This document shows positions 61,861 through 64,000 of a stretch of 64,000 bases of DNA, piece after piece. A program made the translations under genes and the position numbers. The stretch spans positions 65,040,001-65,104,000 of the forward strand of contig CM059438.1 in the NCBI GenBank assembly GCA_030390025.1, read 5' to 3'. Position 1 is the stretch's first letter. Each line of letters opens with the position of its first letter. The stretch comes from Squalus acanthias (taxonomy: Eukaryota). Below the pieces are notes generated by a model that did not search any database, had not been told where the DNA came from, and worked only from the letters and a program-made list of their open reading frames with translations.

Positions 61861-62310
61861 TGTCAGCTGTGGCTCAGTTGGTAGCACACTCACCTCTGAG
61901 TTAGAAGGTTGTGGGTTCAAGTCCCACTTGAACGCATAAAGCAAGGCCGACACTCCGTGCAGTACTGAGGGAGTGCTGCATTGTCGGAGGTGCCGTCTTT
62001 CGGATGAGACGTTAAACCGAGGTCCACATTTGCTCTCTCAGGTGGACGTAAAAGATCCCATGGCATTATTTGGAAGAAGAGTGGGGGAGTTATCCCCGGT
62101 GTCCTGGCCAATATTTATTCCTCAATCAACATCGTTAAAACAGATTATCTGGTCATTATCACATTGCTGTTTGTGGGACCTTGCTGTGCGCAAATTGGCT
62201 GCTGCGTTTCCCACATTTACAACAGTGACTCCACTTCAAAAAAAAGTACTTCATTGACTGTAAAGCGCTTTGAGACGTCCAGTGGTCATGAATGCAAGTC
62301 TTTCTTTCTT
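61861..62310 (+). mobile_element. Near full-length SacSINE1-like DeuSINE
   Basis: A box TGGCTCAGTTGG, B box GGTTCAAGTCC, Deu core and L2-like tail. Confidence 0.92.
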
Positions 62311-62611
62311 CTTACTGATTTGCCTTTCTTTGACTGTCTAATAATCCCCTCGGGCCGCACTGGCACTCCCGCGGCACACTGAAGCTTCATTGGAGGCGGC
62401 ATCTGCACGGTAACCGCCCCTCACTGGCAACCGTCTGATTGGCAGGCCAGTCCAGCCAATGACATGCTTCAGGAAGGTCCCGCCTTCTCTTTGCACTGAT
62501 TAGCCGGGGAACCCTGGCGGAGGAAAGCCTGCAAACGCATGTCAGCGGGTGGACAGGCCTGCCAATCACATGGCCAGCCAATCACATGGTCTGCCAGTGA
62601 GGGGGGCGGTT

Positions 62612-62744
62612 GAAATAACAACAGAAAATGCTGGAAACACTCAGCCGGTCAGGCAGCGTCCGTGGAGAGAGAAACAGAGTTAACGCTTCAGGTCGATGAC
62701 CCTTCATCAGATTTCCAGCATCCGCAGTATTTTGCTCTTGTATT
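62612..62744. mobile_element. Short Penelope-type insertion with inverted tail and ~14-bp TSD
   Basis: Flanked by AGTGAGGGG(GG)CGGTT (62596-62611, 62745-62758). The last ~35 bp are the reverse complement of the family terminus. Confidence 0.8.
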
Positions 62745-62861
62745 AGTGAGGGGCGGTTACCACGCAGCTGCCTACCTCGAGTCAGCGTCCCCGGCATGAA
62801 GCTTCAGTGTGCCGTGGGAGCGCGAGTGCACGGCCCGTTTATTTAACTGCGCGGCCCAATC

Positions 62862-63272
62862 AAGAGAAAGAAAAAAGACTTGCATTTATATAGCGCCTTC
62901 CACGACCACCGGACGTCTCGAAGCGCTTTACAGCCAATGAAGTAGTTTTGAAGTGGAGTCACTGTTGTAATGTGGGAAACGCGGCAGCCAATTTGCGCAC
63001 AGCAAGCTCCCACGAACAGCAACGTGATAATGACCAGAAAATCTGTTTTTGTTATGTTGCTTGAGGGATAAATATTGGCCGGGACACCGGGGATAACTCC
63101 CCTGCTCTTTGTCGAAATAGTGCCATGGGATATTTTACGTCCCCCTGAGAGAACCTTGGTATAACATCTCATCTGAAAGGCGGCACCGCCGACAGTGCAG
63201 CACTCCCTCAGCACTGCACTGGAGTGTCAGCCTAGCTTTATGTGCTCAAGTCCCTGGAGTGGGACTTGAACC
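62862..63272 (-). mobile_element. SacSINE1-like DeuSINE
   Basis: Reverse complement of 61910-62310. Confidence 0.9.
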
Positions 63273-63689
63273 TGAAGAGTGTTGCGCGGCCCCGCACGCA
63301 CGCAGCTTAGGGGGAACAGTGCTCATGACCATGACATAAACCATCCTCAGCCAATCAGTGGCACTGTAGCAAATTTTACCCATACATGGATGCGCTTGCG
63401 TTTTGTTTCTCCCAGATTCTTCAACAGTTTCAGCCATTATGGTGCCTTACAAACCACAGTGAAACAATTTAAGATTTCTACCCAGCTCATGTCACGCTTT
63501 TTTCATCTCAATCTGTTGGAAGTCCTCCGATCACGATGTCCAATCGCTGCTTCATTGGCTGTTCTCAGTTTCTGAGGTAATCAGCAGTGTAGCTGTCAAG
63601 CCATGGAACACACAAGTCAGTCCTCAATCTTAACACTGCCCGCAACTTGACTCTGAGGGCCGTACTCGCAATGTTCTCACCCAGACTCA

Positions 63690-64000
63690 GTTTTTTTAAA
63701 TTCATTTTTATGGGATCTGGGTGTCGCTGGCAAGGCCAGCATTTATTGCCCATCCCTAATTGCCCTTGAGATGGTGGTGGTGAGCCGCCTTCTTGAACCG
63801 CTGCAGTCCGTGTGGTGAAGGTACTCCACAGTGCTGTTAGGGAGGGAGTTCCAGGATTTTGACCCAGCGACGACGAAGGATCGACAATGAAGGATCGGCG
63901 ATATACTTCTAAGTCAGGATGGTGTGTGACTTGGAGGGGAACTTGGACGTGGTGGTGTTCCCTTGTGCCTGCTGCCCTTGTCCTTCTAGGTGGTAGAGGT
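63690..64000 (-). mobile_element. 3' end of LINE (family of 12535/37330), continues beyond window
   Basis: Matches 12535-12795. Confidence 0.9.

Larger units (their letters stand above)
62351..63321. mobile_element. Palindromic non-autonomous DNA element (possibly hAT-type) carrying two nested insertions
   Basis: Long inverted arms: CGGGCCGCAC..GGCACACTGAAGCTTCAT / ATGAAGCTTCAGTGTGCC..GCACGGCCCG. The end TTAGGGGGAACAGTG resembles the reverse of CAATGTTCCCTCTAA at 59436. Left terminus not found. Confidence 0.5.

Noticed and set aside
61861..61930. tRNA gene
   Set aside because: The A/B boxes belong to a SINE head; no full cloverleaf.

Overview
Repeat-dense eukaryotic DNA. The repeat inventory (CR1/HER1-type LINEs, Deu-domain SacSINE1-like SINEs, L2, Penelope-type termini) suggests a cartilaginous fish (inference). 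I could not identify any host protein-coding exon, so this is probably intronic or intergenic sequence. Highlights: (1) an apparently intact autonomous PIF/Harbinger DNA transposon at 2253-6522, with 12-bp TIRs, a CAA target-site duplication (TSD), an intact DDE transposase and a convergent 3-exon Myb/SANT-like gene; a dead relative lies 540 bp away, and a decayed third element and several Harbinger-type MITE families lie further along; (2) the Harbinger target flanks resemble the ACAC-CWG-GT site preference of zebrafish Harbinger3; (3) short dispersed repeats carry a minimal type-I hammerhead-ribozyme core of the Penelope-like kind; (4) two MITE families carry tight clusters of consensus 5' splice donors; (5) a 1.7-kb solo LTR with a TTTG TSD; (6) a SINE-derived 33-bp minisatellite, several nested insertions, LF-SINE-like relics and candidate conserved non-coding elements. 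Most ORFs in the track are retroelement fragments or shadow frames. Boundaries of decayed repeats are approximate.
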